A stretch of DNA of 32,000 nucleotides from Phycisphaera mikurensis NBRC 102666 (GTDB lineage Bacteria > Planctomycetota > Phycisphaerae > Phycisphaerales > Phycisphaeraceae): the NCBI RefSeq assembly GCF_000284115.1, contig NC_017080.1, positions 1,740,001-1,772,000 of the forward strand. Reading direction: 5' to 3'. This document shows positions 19,236-25,400 of the stretch, piece after piece. The notes under the pieces were generated by a model. The model saw only the letters and a program-made list of their open reading frames with translations. It had not been told where the DNA came from and searched no databases. Positions within the stretch are counted from its first letter, which is position 1. The number at the start of each line of letters is the position of its first letter. Both the position numbers and the translations under genes were made by a program.

Positions 19236-20518
19236 CAGTCGGTTCCGCCTGCGGCGGGGGGGAGCAGGTCGCGGAGCATCCGCGCGTGGCGGGCGGTGGC
19301 GCCCTGGTGGGCGAGGATGACGGCTTGGCCGGCGGCGGCGACCTCGGCGGCGAGTGTCGGATTCGCCAGCAGCTCGGCGGTGGTGGAGGCGGGGTCGTCG
19401 GTGACGAGCAAGCCGCCGGCGTTTCGCATGATCGCGACGGTCTCGGCGAAGTCCTTGTGGTGGGGGCCGATCATCGTGGGCACGCCCAGCGCGGCGGGCT
19501 CCATGGCGTCGCTGCCGTAGAGGTCGCCCAGGAAGCTGCGGCCGACGATGGCAACGTCGGCGAGGGCGTAGGCGCGGCCGAGTTCGCCGATCGTGTCCAG
19601 CAGGAAGACGCCGGAGGTCCCGCGGACCGCGGTGCTGCGGCGGCCGAATCCCGCGCCGTCCGCGGCGCAGGCGGCCGCCGCGGCGGCGAAGTGCTCGGGC
19701 TTGCGGGGGGCGATCAGCAGCTGCGCATCGCGCGGGCGGCCGCGCAGCAGGAACGCCGGCTCGCCCGGCCCGGTCGAGCCGGCGACCACGAGCGGGCGGT
19801 CGCGGTCGATGCCCATGGCTTCCGCGAGCTCCGCCGCCCCGGGCACGCCGGCTTTGGCCCGCACCACCGCGTTGTCCCACTTCATCGTGTCCAGCACGCG
19901 GACGCGCTCGGCCGGCGTGCCCAGCGCCACGAAGCGTCGGCCGTAGGCCTGGGTCTGCACGCCCGCCGCGGCCACCGCGGCGAAGGCGGAGCGGACCAGC
20001 GGCCGGGCGAGCCGGTAGCGGCGGAACGACCGCTCCGAGAGACGCCCGTTGACAATCGCGACCGGGACGCCGCGGAGCCTCGCCGCCGCGACGAAGTTCG
20101 GCCACAGCTCCAGCTCCACCGTCGCGACGAGGTCGGGCCGGATGGCGTCGAGGAAGCGGCCCACGGCCCAGGAGAAGTCCAGCGGGTAGCGGACCACCGC
20201 CACGCCCTCCCGGCCGCCGTAGAGCTGCTGGGCCCGGTCGACGCCCGTGTTCGTCGTCACCGCGAGGACCAGGCCGCACGGCTCGGGGCCGCTCCGCAGC
20301 GCGTCCACCAACCCCCGCAGCGCGTTGACCTCGCCCACCGAGACCGCGCAGAACAGGATCCGCGGACCGCCGGCGTTTTCGAGGGTTTCGCCCGACGGTC
20401 CGCGGCCGAAGCGGCCGGCCCAGTCGGTCCGCCACTTGCCGGTCCGCAGCAGCGACGCGCCCCACAGCGGCGACGACGCGAGCAGCCCCGCGGCGTACGC
20501 CGCGTCGCGGGCGAGCAT
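19235..20518 (-). CDS. waaA: 3-deoxy-D-manno-octulosonic acid (Kdo) transferase
   Basis: ATG at 20518. ILFCAVSVGEVNALRGLVDAL (the hAvSvGE motif), ELWPNF, FLLDTIGELGRAY, GGHN-like PHHKDFAE region. Confidence 0.85.
   Translation of the reverse strand: MLARDAAYAAGLLASSPLWGASLLRTGKWRTDWAGRFGRGPSGETLENAGGPRILFCAVSVGEVNALRGLVDALRSGPEPCGLVLAVTTNTGVDRAQQLYGGREGVAVVRYPLDFSWAVGRFLDAIRPDLVATVELELWPNFVAAARLRGVPVAIVNGRLSERSFRRYRLARPLVRSAFAAVAAAGVQTQAYGRRFVALGTPAERVRVLDTMKWDNAVVRAKAGVPGAAELAEAMGIDRDRPLVVAGSTGPGEPAFLLRGRPRDAQLLIAPRKPEHFAAAAAACAADGAGFGRRSTAVRGTSGVFLLDTIGELGRAYALADVAIVGRSFLGDLYGSDAMEPAALGVPTMIGPHHKDFAETVAIMRNAGGLLVTDDPASTTAELLANPTLAAEVAAAGQAVILAHQGATARHARMLRDLLPPAAGGTD
19620..19665. repeat. 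46-nt palindromic element copy 6 (one mismatch in the right arm), inside waaA coding sequence
   Basis: Left arm ccgcggaccg at 19620-19629 is exact. Right arm ccgtccgcgg at 19656-19665. Spacer is exactly 26 nt. Confidence 0.6.
20360..20405. repeat. 46-nt palindromic element copy 4, inside waaA coding sequence
   Basis: Exact arms at 20360-20369 and 20396-20405, with a 26-nt spacer. Encodes RGPSGETLENAGGPR just before the conserved SVGE motif. Confidence 0.85.
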
Positions 20519-20544
20519 GGCAGCGGTGCGGCGAGCCGACACGC

Positions 20545-22059
20545 TCAGGCGGGCCCGGCCACGCGGGCGCACGCCAGGGCCGCCACCGCGTCGAGGTCGT
20601 AGAAGCGGCAGGCCTCCATCAGGAAGCGGCACTCGGTGTACACGTCGCCGTCGACCATCGGCAAGAAGAGGTCGTGGATGTTGTCGACGCCGAGGTAGCA
20701 GCCCACGCCGGCGGCGAGCAGCTCGGGCACCGGGGCGATGGCGTTGTGCGACGGGGCGTGCACGTCGAGCTGCTTCATCGACAGCGCGGCGCTCGGGCAG
20801 ACGATGACCCCGACGCCCGCCTCGGCCAGCAGCTTCGCCACCCGCTCGCGCTCGTGGCGCGGCTGGGCCGCGAGCGAGACGCTGTGCACGGCGAAGACGC
20901 GGCCCTGCATGCCGTGCTCGAGGGTCTTGAGCGCGAGCATCTCGGTCTCGTGCTCGTCGGGGTCGTTCTCCTGGTCGACGTGCACGTCGAGCCGCTTGCC
21001 CTGGTCCCTGGCGATCGAGAGGATCACGTCGAGGTGCTTCTCGGGCGTCGGCCGGTCGCGCGAGGGCAGCCCGCCGCAGAAGTCCGCCAGGCCGCAGGCC
21101 TGCTCGTACGCCCGGCGGCTGGCGGGCTCGAGCACGCCCTCCAGCGGCTGGATGCCGACTTCCAGCGTGAGCCGGTCCGCGAATCGCTTCTTCACCTCCA
21201 ATGCCGCCTTGACCGGCATGAGCCCGCAGATCGAGTCGGCGTCCACCATCGTCCGCAGGTACGCCACGCCCTGGTCGACCATCGCCTGGGCCCCGCGGCT
21301 GATCCGCTCGATGAGGTCGTCGGGCGTGTAGCTCTCCTTGAGCTGGCGGTAGAGCTGCCACTTCCGCTGCATGTCCACCTGCGAGAGCCGCAGGTTCGCC
21401 AGCGAGATGAGGTAGGCCTTGTCCAGGTGGGCGTGGTGGACGGCGATGCCGCCGTGCTGCCGGCAGAGCTCCAGGAACTCCAGCCGCAGGTTCCACGGCT
21501 GGTTGCTGTCGGCGACGCGGTAGGCGAAGGTCCCCGCCTCCTGGTCGCGGACCACCTGCAGCAGCGTCGCTTCCGCGATCTGCGGGTCGGTGATCAGCGG
21601 GATGTTCTGCCGGATCGACAGAGACCGGATCAGCTTCGCGTCGCTGCCCTCGTCGTAGTCGGCGTCGCCGGTGAGCACGTTCACGACCAGGTCGATCCGG
21701 CTGTCGCGCAGGAACGAGAGGATGTTGGGGTCGCGGTGCTCGGTGATCTTGTGGATCAGCGTCGACCCGACGCCGGCGTCGGCGAGGAACTGGTGCGTGC
21801 CGGGGGTCGCGAGGATCTCGACCTGACCCAGGGCGGCCAGCGCCCGCACGGCGGGCAGCAGGCGCTGCTTGTCGGCCACGCGGCCGGCGGAGAGCAGCAC
21901 GTTCTTCGCCGACCGCTGCCCGAGCAGCTTGACGTTGAAGGCGAGCAGGTCGAGCGGGTCGGGGCCGCGGGCGGCCGCCACGCCGGGGCCGGCGGAGGCG
22001 GGGCGGGCGCTTCGGCGCCGCTCGGGCGGCTCGGCGGGCGGCGTCGGGTCGTCACTCAC
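20545..22059 (-). CDS. Fusion protein: N-terminal MGS-like domain plus C-terminal cytosine deaminase (CodA)-like metal-dependent amidohydrolase
   Basis: The N-terminal part (NVLLSAGRVADKQRLLPAVRALAALGQVEILATPGTHQFLADAGV...IDLVVNVLTG) resembles the CarB/MgsA MGS-like fold. The C-terminal part has the HxH motif VHHAHLDKAY, LDVHVDQENDPDEHETEMLAL (compare CodA VDVHCDEIDDEQS) and GVDNIHDLFLP. GTG start at 22059 is uncertain. Confidence 0.7.
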   Translation of the reverse strand: MSDDPTPPAEPPERRRSARPASAGPGVAAARGPDPLDLLAFNVKLLGQRSAKNVLLSAGRVADKQRLLPAVRALAALGQVEILATPGTHQFLADAGVGSTLIHKITEHRDPNILSFLRDSRIDLVVNVLTGDADYDEGSDAKLIRSLSIRQNIPLITDPQIAEATLLQVVRDQEAGTFAYRVADSNQPWNLRLEFLELCRQHGGIAVHHAHLDKAYLISLANLRLSQVDMQRKWQLYRQLKESYTPDDLIERISRGAQAMVDQGVAYLRTMVDADSICGLMPVKAALEVKKRFADRLTLEVGIQPLEGVLEPASRRAYEQACGLADFCGGLPSRDRPTPEKHLDVILSIARDQGKRLDVHVDQENDPDEHETEMLALKTLEHGMQGRVFAVHSVSLAAQPRHERERVAKLLAEAGVGVIVCPSAALSMKQLDVHAPSHNAIAPVPELLAAGVGCYLGVDNIHDLFLPMVDGDVYTECRFLMEACRFYDLDAVAALACARVAGPA

Positions 22060-22069
22060 GGGCGCGAGC

Positions 22070-22366
22070 CTACCCCCGGCCGCCGCCGCTCACCCGCGGG
22101 CGGGGGGTGAGGATCGGGACCGGATCGAACTCGATCTCGATGTCGTCGAACGCGCTGTCGAACGCGGCCAGCGCCCGCTCCACGCGGCGGTGGTGCGCCT
22201 CCCGCTTCAGCCGGACCGCCTCCAGCAGCGCCCGCCGCTTCGCGATGCGGGCGTGCCCGGCGGTCATGAGGTTGGCCGCCAGCAACGCGGCCACGAACCC
22301 GCTGCCGAGCGCGAGCAGCGTGAGGAGGGCGGGGGCGGACGGCACGGTTGGACCATCGGAAGCCAC
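22070..22366 (-). CDS. Small single-pass membrane protein, hypothetical
   Basis: Tail of ORF 22070..23113. Third-position G/C is near-saturated from about 22345 downward. TM segment APALLTLLALGSGFVAALLAANLM followed by a charged helix. Candidate GTG starts at 22366 or 22345. Stop lies 10 nt before the next gene's start. Confidence 0.4.
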   Translation of the reverse strand: MASDGPTVPSAPALLTLLALGSGFVAALLAANLMTAGHARIAKRRALLEAVRLKREAHHRRVERALAAFDSAFDDIEIEFDPVPILTPRPRVSGGGRG

Positions 22367-22501
22367 GGGGCGGAGGTTTAGCGGCGTGGCCCGGCACCGG
22401 GGCGGATGCCGGGGCGTTGACGCGTGCCGCGTCGCGCTCGCCGCCGCCCCCGCCCCCGCCCGGCGACGACCGATCGTTCCCGCGCCTCCTAGACCTCTGC
22501 C

Positions 22502-23062
22502 ATGAGCCAGCCCGCGCACGCCGCCCGCTTCTTCACCGCCACGGGCCTTTTCGTCCTGCTCCTGTTCACCGGCACCGCCTGGGTGACGCTCGTCGAGGTG
22601 ATCCCCGCGGGGCTGCCGCGCGACCTGGTGACCTGCGGCGTCGGCCTCGCCTTCGCCGCGGTTTTCCTCTGGCTGCTGGTGACGCGCGTGCAGGCGGTCT
22701 ACGCGGGCGAGGGCTTCCGCCGCCGGGACGTCGCGATGATGGCGGTCAACCTTCTGCTGATGCTGCTCGCGTACGCCTACGTCTACGGCGTGCTGGGCAT
22801 CACCGACACCACCCGCGAGGGCAACCCGGTCGTCGGCGGCGTGAACGAGGGCTTCTCGTTGCTCACGCTCGCCCGCTGCTTCTACTTCTCGGTCGCGACG
22901 CTGACCACCGTTGGCTACGGCGACTTCCGCCCGACCGCGGGCGTCTGCCGGGTGGTCGCCGGCAGCCAGGCGTTGCTGGGCTACCTGGTGCTGGGGGTGC
23001 TGGCGTCCACGGCGGCCAACCTGATCCAGAGCGTCGCGGGACGCGGCGGCGGGAGGGGCTGA
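22502..23062 (+). CDS. Small potassium channel-like protein (Ion_trans_2 pore domain)
   Basis: Selectivity-filter signature TLTTVGYGD flanked by hydrophobic helices. 186 aa with about 4-5 predicted TM segments. Confidence 0.8.
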   Translation: MSQPAHAARFFTATGLFVLLLFTGTAWVTLVEVIPAGLPRDLVTCGVGLAFAAVFLWLLVTRVQAVYAGEGFRRRDVAMMAVNLLLMLLAYAYVYGVLGITDTTREGNPVVGGVNEGFSLLTLARCFYFSVATLTTVGYGDFRPTAGVCRVVAGSQALLGYLVLGVLASTAANLIQSVAGRGGGRG

Positions 23063-23093
23063 GCCGGCGGCGACCGCACGGGTCGGCGCCGGC
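23063..23093. terminator. Strong GC hairpin between convergent genes (7 bp + 1 mismatch + 5 bp stem, 5-nt loop)
   Basis: gccggcg g cgacc gcacg ggtcg g cgccggc. Starts 1 nt after the channel stop and ends 17 nt before the convergent stop at 23110. No T-tract. Confidence 0.5.
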
Positions 23094-23109
23094 GGACCGG
23101 GGCGCGGGA

Positions 23110-23490
23110 TCAATTCCGAGGCGCGTCGGGGCGGCGCGGCCGCTGGTCGTCGCTGTCGCCGTTGCCGCCCGGCTCGCGGGCCGCGGCGCCGGGGTTGTTG
23201 AAGAGGCGGTCCAGCAGCAGGCCGTTCTCCAGCACCATCTGGTCGTCGCCGCGGTCGACCGAGTACACCAGCAGCGTGCTGGTGGCGTGGTCGATCACGA
23301 ACAAGCCCTCTTCGCGGCCGTCGATGCCGGCGGTCAGGAGCGTGACGTTTTCCTGGGGGTTGTAGATCGCGGCTCCGGCTTCGGGCACGCCCGCGTGGCC
23401 CGCGAGGCGGACGAGCAGGGCGCCGCCGAGCACGAGGGCGGAGGCGGCGAGGCCGGGGATCAGCAAGTCGGGGCGGGCGGGGGTACGCAT
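23110..23490 (-). CDS. Small N-terminally anchored or secreted hypothetical protein (paralog A)
   Basis: Near-saturated G/C at third codon positions. N-terminal hydrophobic segment LLIPGLAASALVLGGALLV. Core NVTLLTAGIDGREEGLFVIDHATSTLLVYSVD. Acidic/Pro-rich tail. Confidence 0.65.
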   Translation of the reverse strand: MRTPARPDLLIPGLAASALVLGGALLVRLAGHAGVPEAGAAIYNPQENVTLLTAGIDGREEGLFVIDHATSTLLVYSVDRGDDQMVLENGLLLDRLFNNPGAAAREPGGNGDSDDQRPRRPDAPRN

Positions 23491-23565
23491 GGGCGGCCGG
23501 GCGGGGAGCGGGGGTGGGAGGCGCGTGGGACGCGAAGACCGAAAGGGGGGACGCGGGGGCCGGCC

Positions 23566-23880
23566 TCAGCGGCGGGCGGCGACCGCGGCGGCGTCGGTGG
23601 CGATGTCCCGGCCGCGGAAGAGGCGGAAGCCCTCTCGGCCCTCGCTGTAGCTCACCGGGACCGTGGCGCCGGTCTGCTTGTCGACGAGGTAGACGTACGA
23701 CTCGTCGTTGCCCTGGCTCCCGCGGGCGGCGATCATCGTGTAGCGCCCGTTGCCCGCCGCGAACCCCGGCCGCGGCTGGGCGGAGGCCTCGGGCGCGGGG
23801 CCCGCGGTGAGCCAGAGCCCGCCGAGAAGCGCGGCGTTGAGGGCGAGGAGAAAGCCCACGGAGGTGGAGGAGCGTCGCAT
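23566..23880 (-). CDS. Small secreted hypothetical protein (paralog B of 23110..23490)
   Basis: ATG at 23880. Signal-like MRRSSTSVGFLLALNAALLGGLWL. Core RYTMIAARGSQGNDESYVYLVDKQTGATVPVSY matches the xT-hydrophobic-x-G-x-x-E-x-hydrophobic-(I/V)D-x-x-T pattern of the neighbouring gene. High G/C at third positions. Confidence 0.65.
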   Translation of the reverse strand: MRRSSTSVGFLLALNAALLGGLWLTAGPAPEASAQPRPGFAAGNGRYTMIAARGSQGNDESYVYLVDKQTGATVPVSYSEGREGFRLFRGRDIATDAAAVAARR

Positions 23881-23923
23881 GGCGTGTTCGCGTGGAGGTG
23901 GGGGAGAAGGCGGCGGGCGGGGC

Positions 23924-24136
23924 TTAGTCGAGGTGGCCGCGCTTGGAGCCCATGAAGGCGCCGACGCAGACGATCGCCACCAGCAGGCCGCCGATGACCA
24001 CCGAGAGCCACTCGCTCTTCTCCGCGGCCTTGCCCACCTGCTGGGCGGCGGCGGGGGCGGCGGCGAGGCCGGCGGCGAGCGTGGCGGCCACGGCCGGGCC
24101 ACAGAGGCGGAGGAGCGGGTGGAGCGGGCCGGTCAT
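23924..24136 (-). CDS. 70-aa hypothetical protein with N-terminal signal-like segment and C-terminal TM anchor
   Basis: Third codon position is G/C in all but one sense codon. MTGPLHPLLRLCGPAVAATLAAGLAAAPAAA then WLSVVIGGLLVAIVCVGAFMG-SKRGHLD. Confidence 0.5.
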   Translation of the reverse strand: MTGPLHPLLRLCGPAVAATLAAGLAAAPAAAQQVGKAAEKSEWLSVVIGGLLVAIVCVGAFMGSKRGHLD

Positions 24137-24142
24137 CCGCCA

Positions 24143-24158
24143 AGCGTACCCGTACGCT
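24143..24158. promoter_or_regulatory. 16-bp palindrome AGCGTAC-CC-GTACGCT centred in the 29-bp divergent gap
   Basis: 7-bp perfect arms read directly from the sequence. Lies between the ATG at 24136 (minus) and the ATG at 24166 (plus). Candidate operator only. Confidence 0.3.
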
Positions 24159-24165
24159 CGGCCCC

Positions 24166-24828
24166 ATGACGCTCCCGCTGTGGTCCTGGCACGCGATCGC
24201 CTTCGCGTGCGGTTCGATCCCCTTCGCCTTCCTCCTCGGGAGGCTCGGCGGCGTCGACGTGCGGAAGGTCGGCAGCGGCAACCCCGGCGCGAGCAACCTC
24301 GGCCGCGCGCTCGGCCGGCGCTGGGGCGTCGGCTGCTTCGTGCTCGACGTGCTCAAGGGGGCGGTGCCGGTGGCCGCGGCGGCGGCCCTGGACGGGCGGC
24401 TGGGCGCCGGCTCCGGGCCGGGGCCGGCGGCGGTCTGGGTGACCGTCGCGGCGGCGGCCGTGCTCGGGCACGTCTTCACGCCGTGGCTCGGCTTCCGCGG
24501 CGGCAAGGGCGTCGCGACCGGCTTGGGCGCCACCCTGGGCCTGTGGCCGGTGGTCACCGGCCCGGCGGTGCTGGCCTTCGGTGTGTGGGTCGCGGTGGCG
24601 AAGGTCAGCGGCTACGTCGGCCTCGCGAGCGTCGTCGCCGCCCTCGCGCTGGTGCCGCTGACCGGCCTCTGGGCGTGGGTGCTGGGGGTGGCCGCGGCCG
24701 AGGCGGGCGTCTTCCTGGCGCTCGTCGCGGCGGTCGCCGCGCTGGTGATCGTCCGGCACCGCGGCAACCTCGCCCGGCTGCGGGCGGGCACCGAGTCCAA
24801 GGCCGCGTGGGCCAGCGGGCCGGCCTAG
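24166..24828 (+). CDS. plsY: Glycerol-3-phosphate acyltransferase PlsY
   Basis: GSIPFAFLLGRLGGVDVRKVGSGNPGASN, DVLKGAVPV, HVFTPWLGFRGGKGVAT, HRGNLARL: all canonical PlsY blocks. Confidence 0.9.
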   Translation: MTLPLWSWHAIAFACGSIPFAFLLGRLGGVDVRKVGSGNPGASNLGRALGRRWGVGCFVLDVLKGAVPVAAAAALDGRLGAGSGPGPAAVWVTVAAAAVLGHVFTPWLGFRGGKGVATGLGATLGLWPVVTGPAVLAFGVWVAVAKVSGYVGLASVVAALALVPLTGLWAWVLGVAAAEAGVFLALVAAVAALVIVRHRGNLARLRAGTESKAAWASGPA

Positions 24829-24838
24829 CGCACCGCGG

Positions 24839-24970
24839 GCAATTTTCCGATCGCCTCTGCGGGCGAGTCGTGCCCCTCGCTTCGTCGGCTGCATCGCCCT
24901 GCAGGGGCAGGGCTGCTTCGCCTCCTCACGAGGAACACGACGCGCGGACGCAGGCCGATCGGAAAATTGC
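24839..24970. repeat. 132-nt imperfect palindrome with AT-rich 15-bp perfect termini (GCAATTTTCCGATCG ... CGATCGGAAAATTGC)
   Basis: Outer arms at 24839-24853 and 24956-24970 are perfect. Inner complementary blocks: gtcgtg/cacgac (24867-72 / 24936-41) and cctcg/cgagg (24875-79 / 24929-33). Apex palindrome ccctgcaggg at 24897-24906. Sits between convergent stops at 24828 and 24996. Confidence 0.8.
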
Positions 24971-24995
24971 GCACGATGCTCTAAGCGGGTTCCGG

Positions 24996-25307
24996 TCAGC
25001 GGCCGAGGGACCACAACGCCGCCATGAGCAGCGCCGCGGCGAGCACGAGCGAGGCGGAGATCGGGCGGAGCGGGTCGGCGGTCTGCACGCCGTAGACCCC
25101 GCCGATGGCCACCACGGCCCCGGCGAGGCCCAACGCGATCAGCGGGAACCTCCACCGGCCGGCCCCCCCCGGCGCCGCCGGTTTCGTGCGGTCGCTCACG
25201 TTCAGGCGGGTCTCCTTGTCGTAGCGCTCGCCGCACTCGGGACAGCGGCCCGAGCCGGGCAGGCCGATGAGGTCGTAGCCGCAGGCGGCGCAGCGGGAGT
25301 CTCGCAC
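24996..25307 (-). CDS. Zinc-ribbon membrane protein (CxxCGYDL...CPECG motif, two C-terminal TM helices)
   Basis: GTG start at 25307. RCAACGYDLIGLPGSGRCPECG, followed by FPLIALGLAGAVVAIGGVYGV and SLVLAAALLMAALWSL. Confidence 0.7.
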   Translation of the reverse strand: MRDSRCAACGYDLIGLPGSGRCPECGERYDKETRLNVSDRTKPAAPGGAGRWRFPLIALGLAGAVVAIGGVYGVQTADPLRPISASLVLAAALLMAALWSLGR

Positions 25308-25400
25308 GCGGGAACGCTACGCGGGGCGACGCGCGGCCGTGGCGCGGGCCCACCGCGAGCCGATCCGTATCCTCGCCGCCCCCGCGAGAGCGACACCACC

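Noticed and set aside
23943-25400. Upstream part of ORF 23943..27041 (1032 aa) preceding gpmI
   Set aside because: It runs antisense or out of frame through the 70-aa gene, plsY and the zinc-ribbon gene. The GpmI homology begins at the ATG at 25401.
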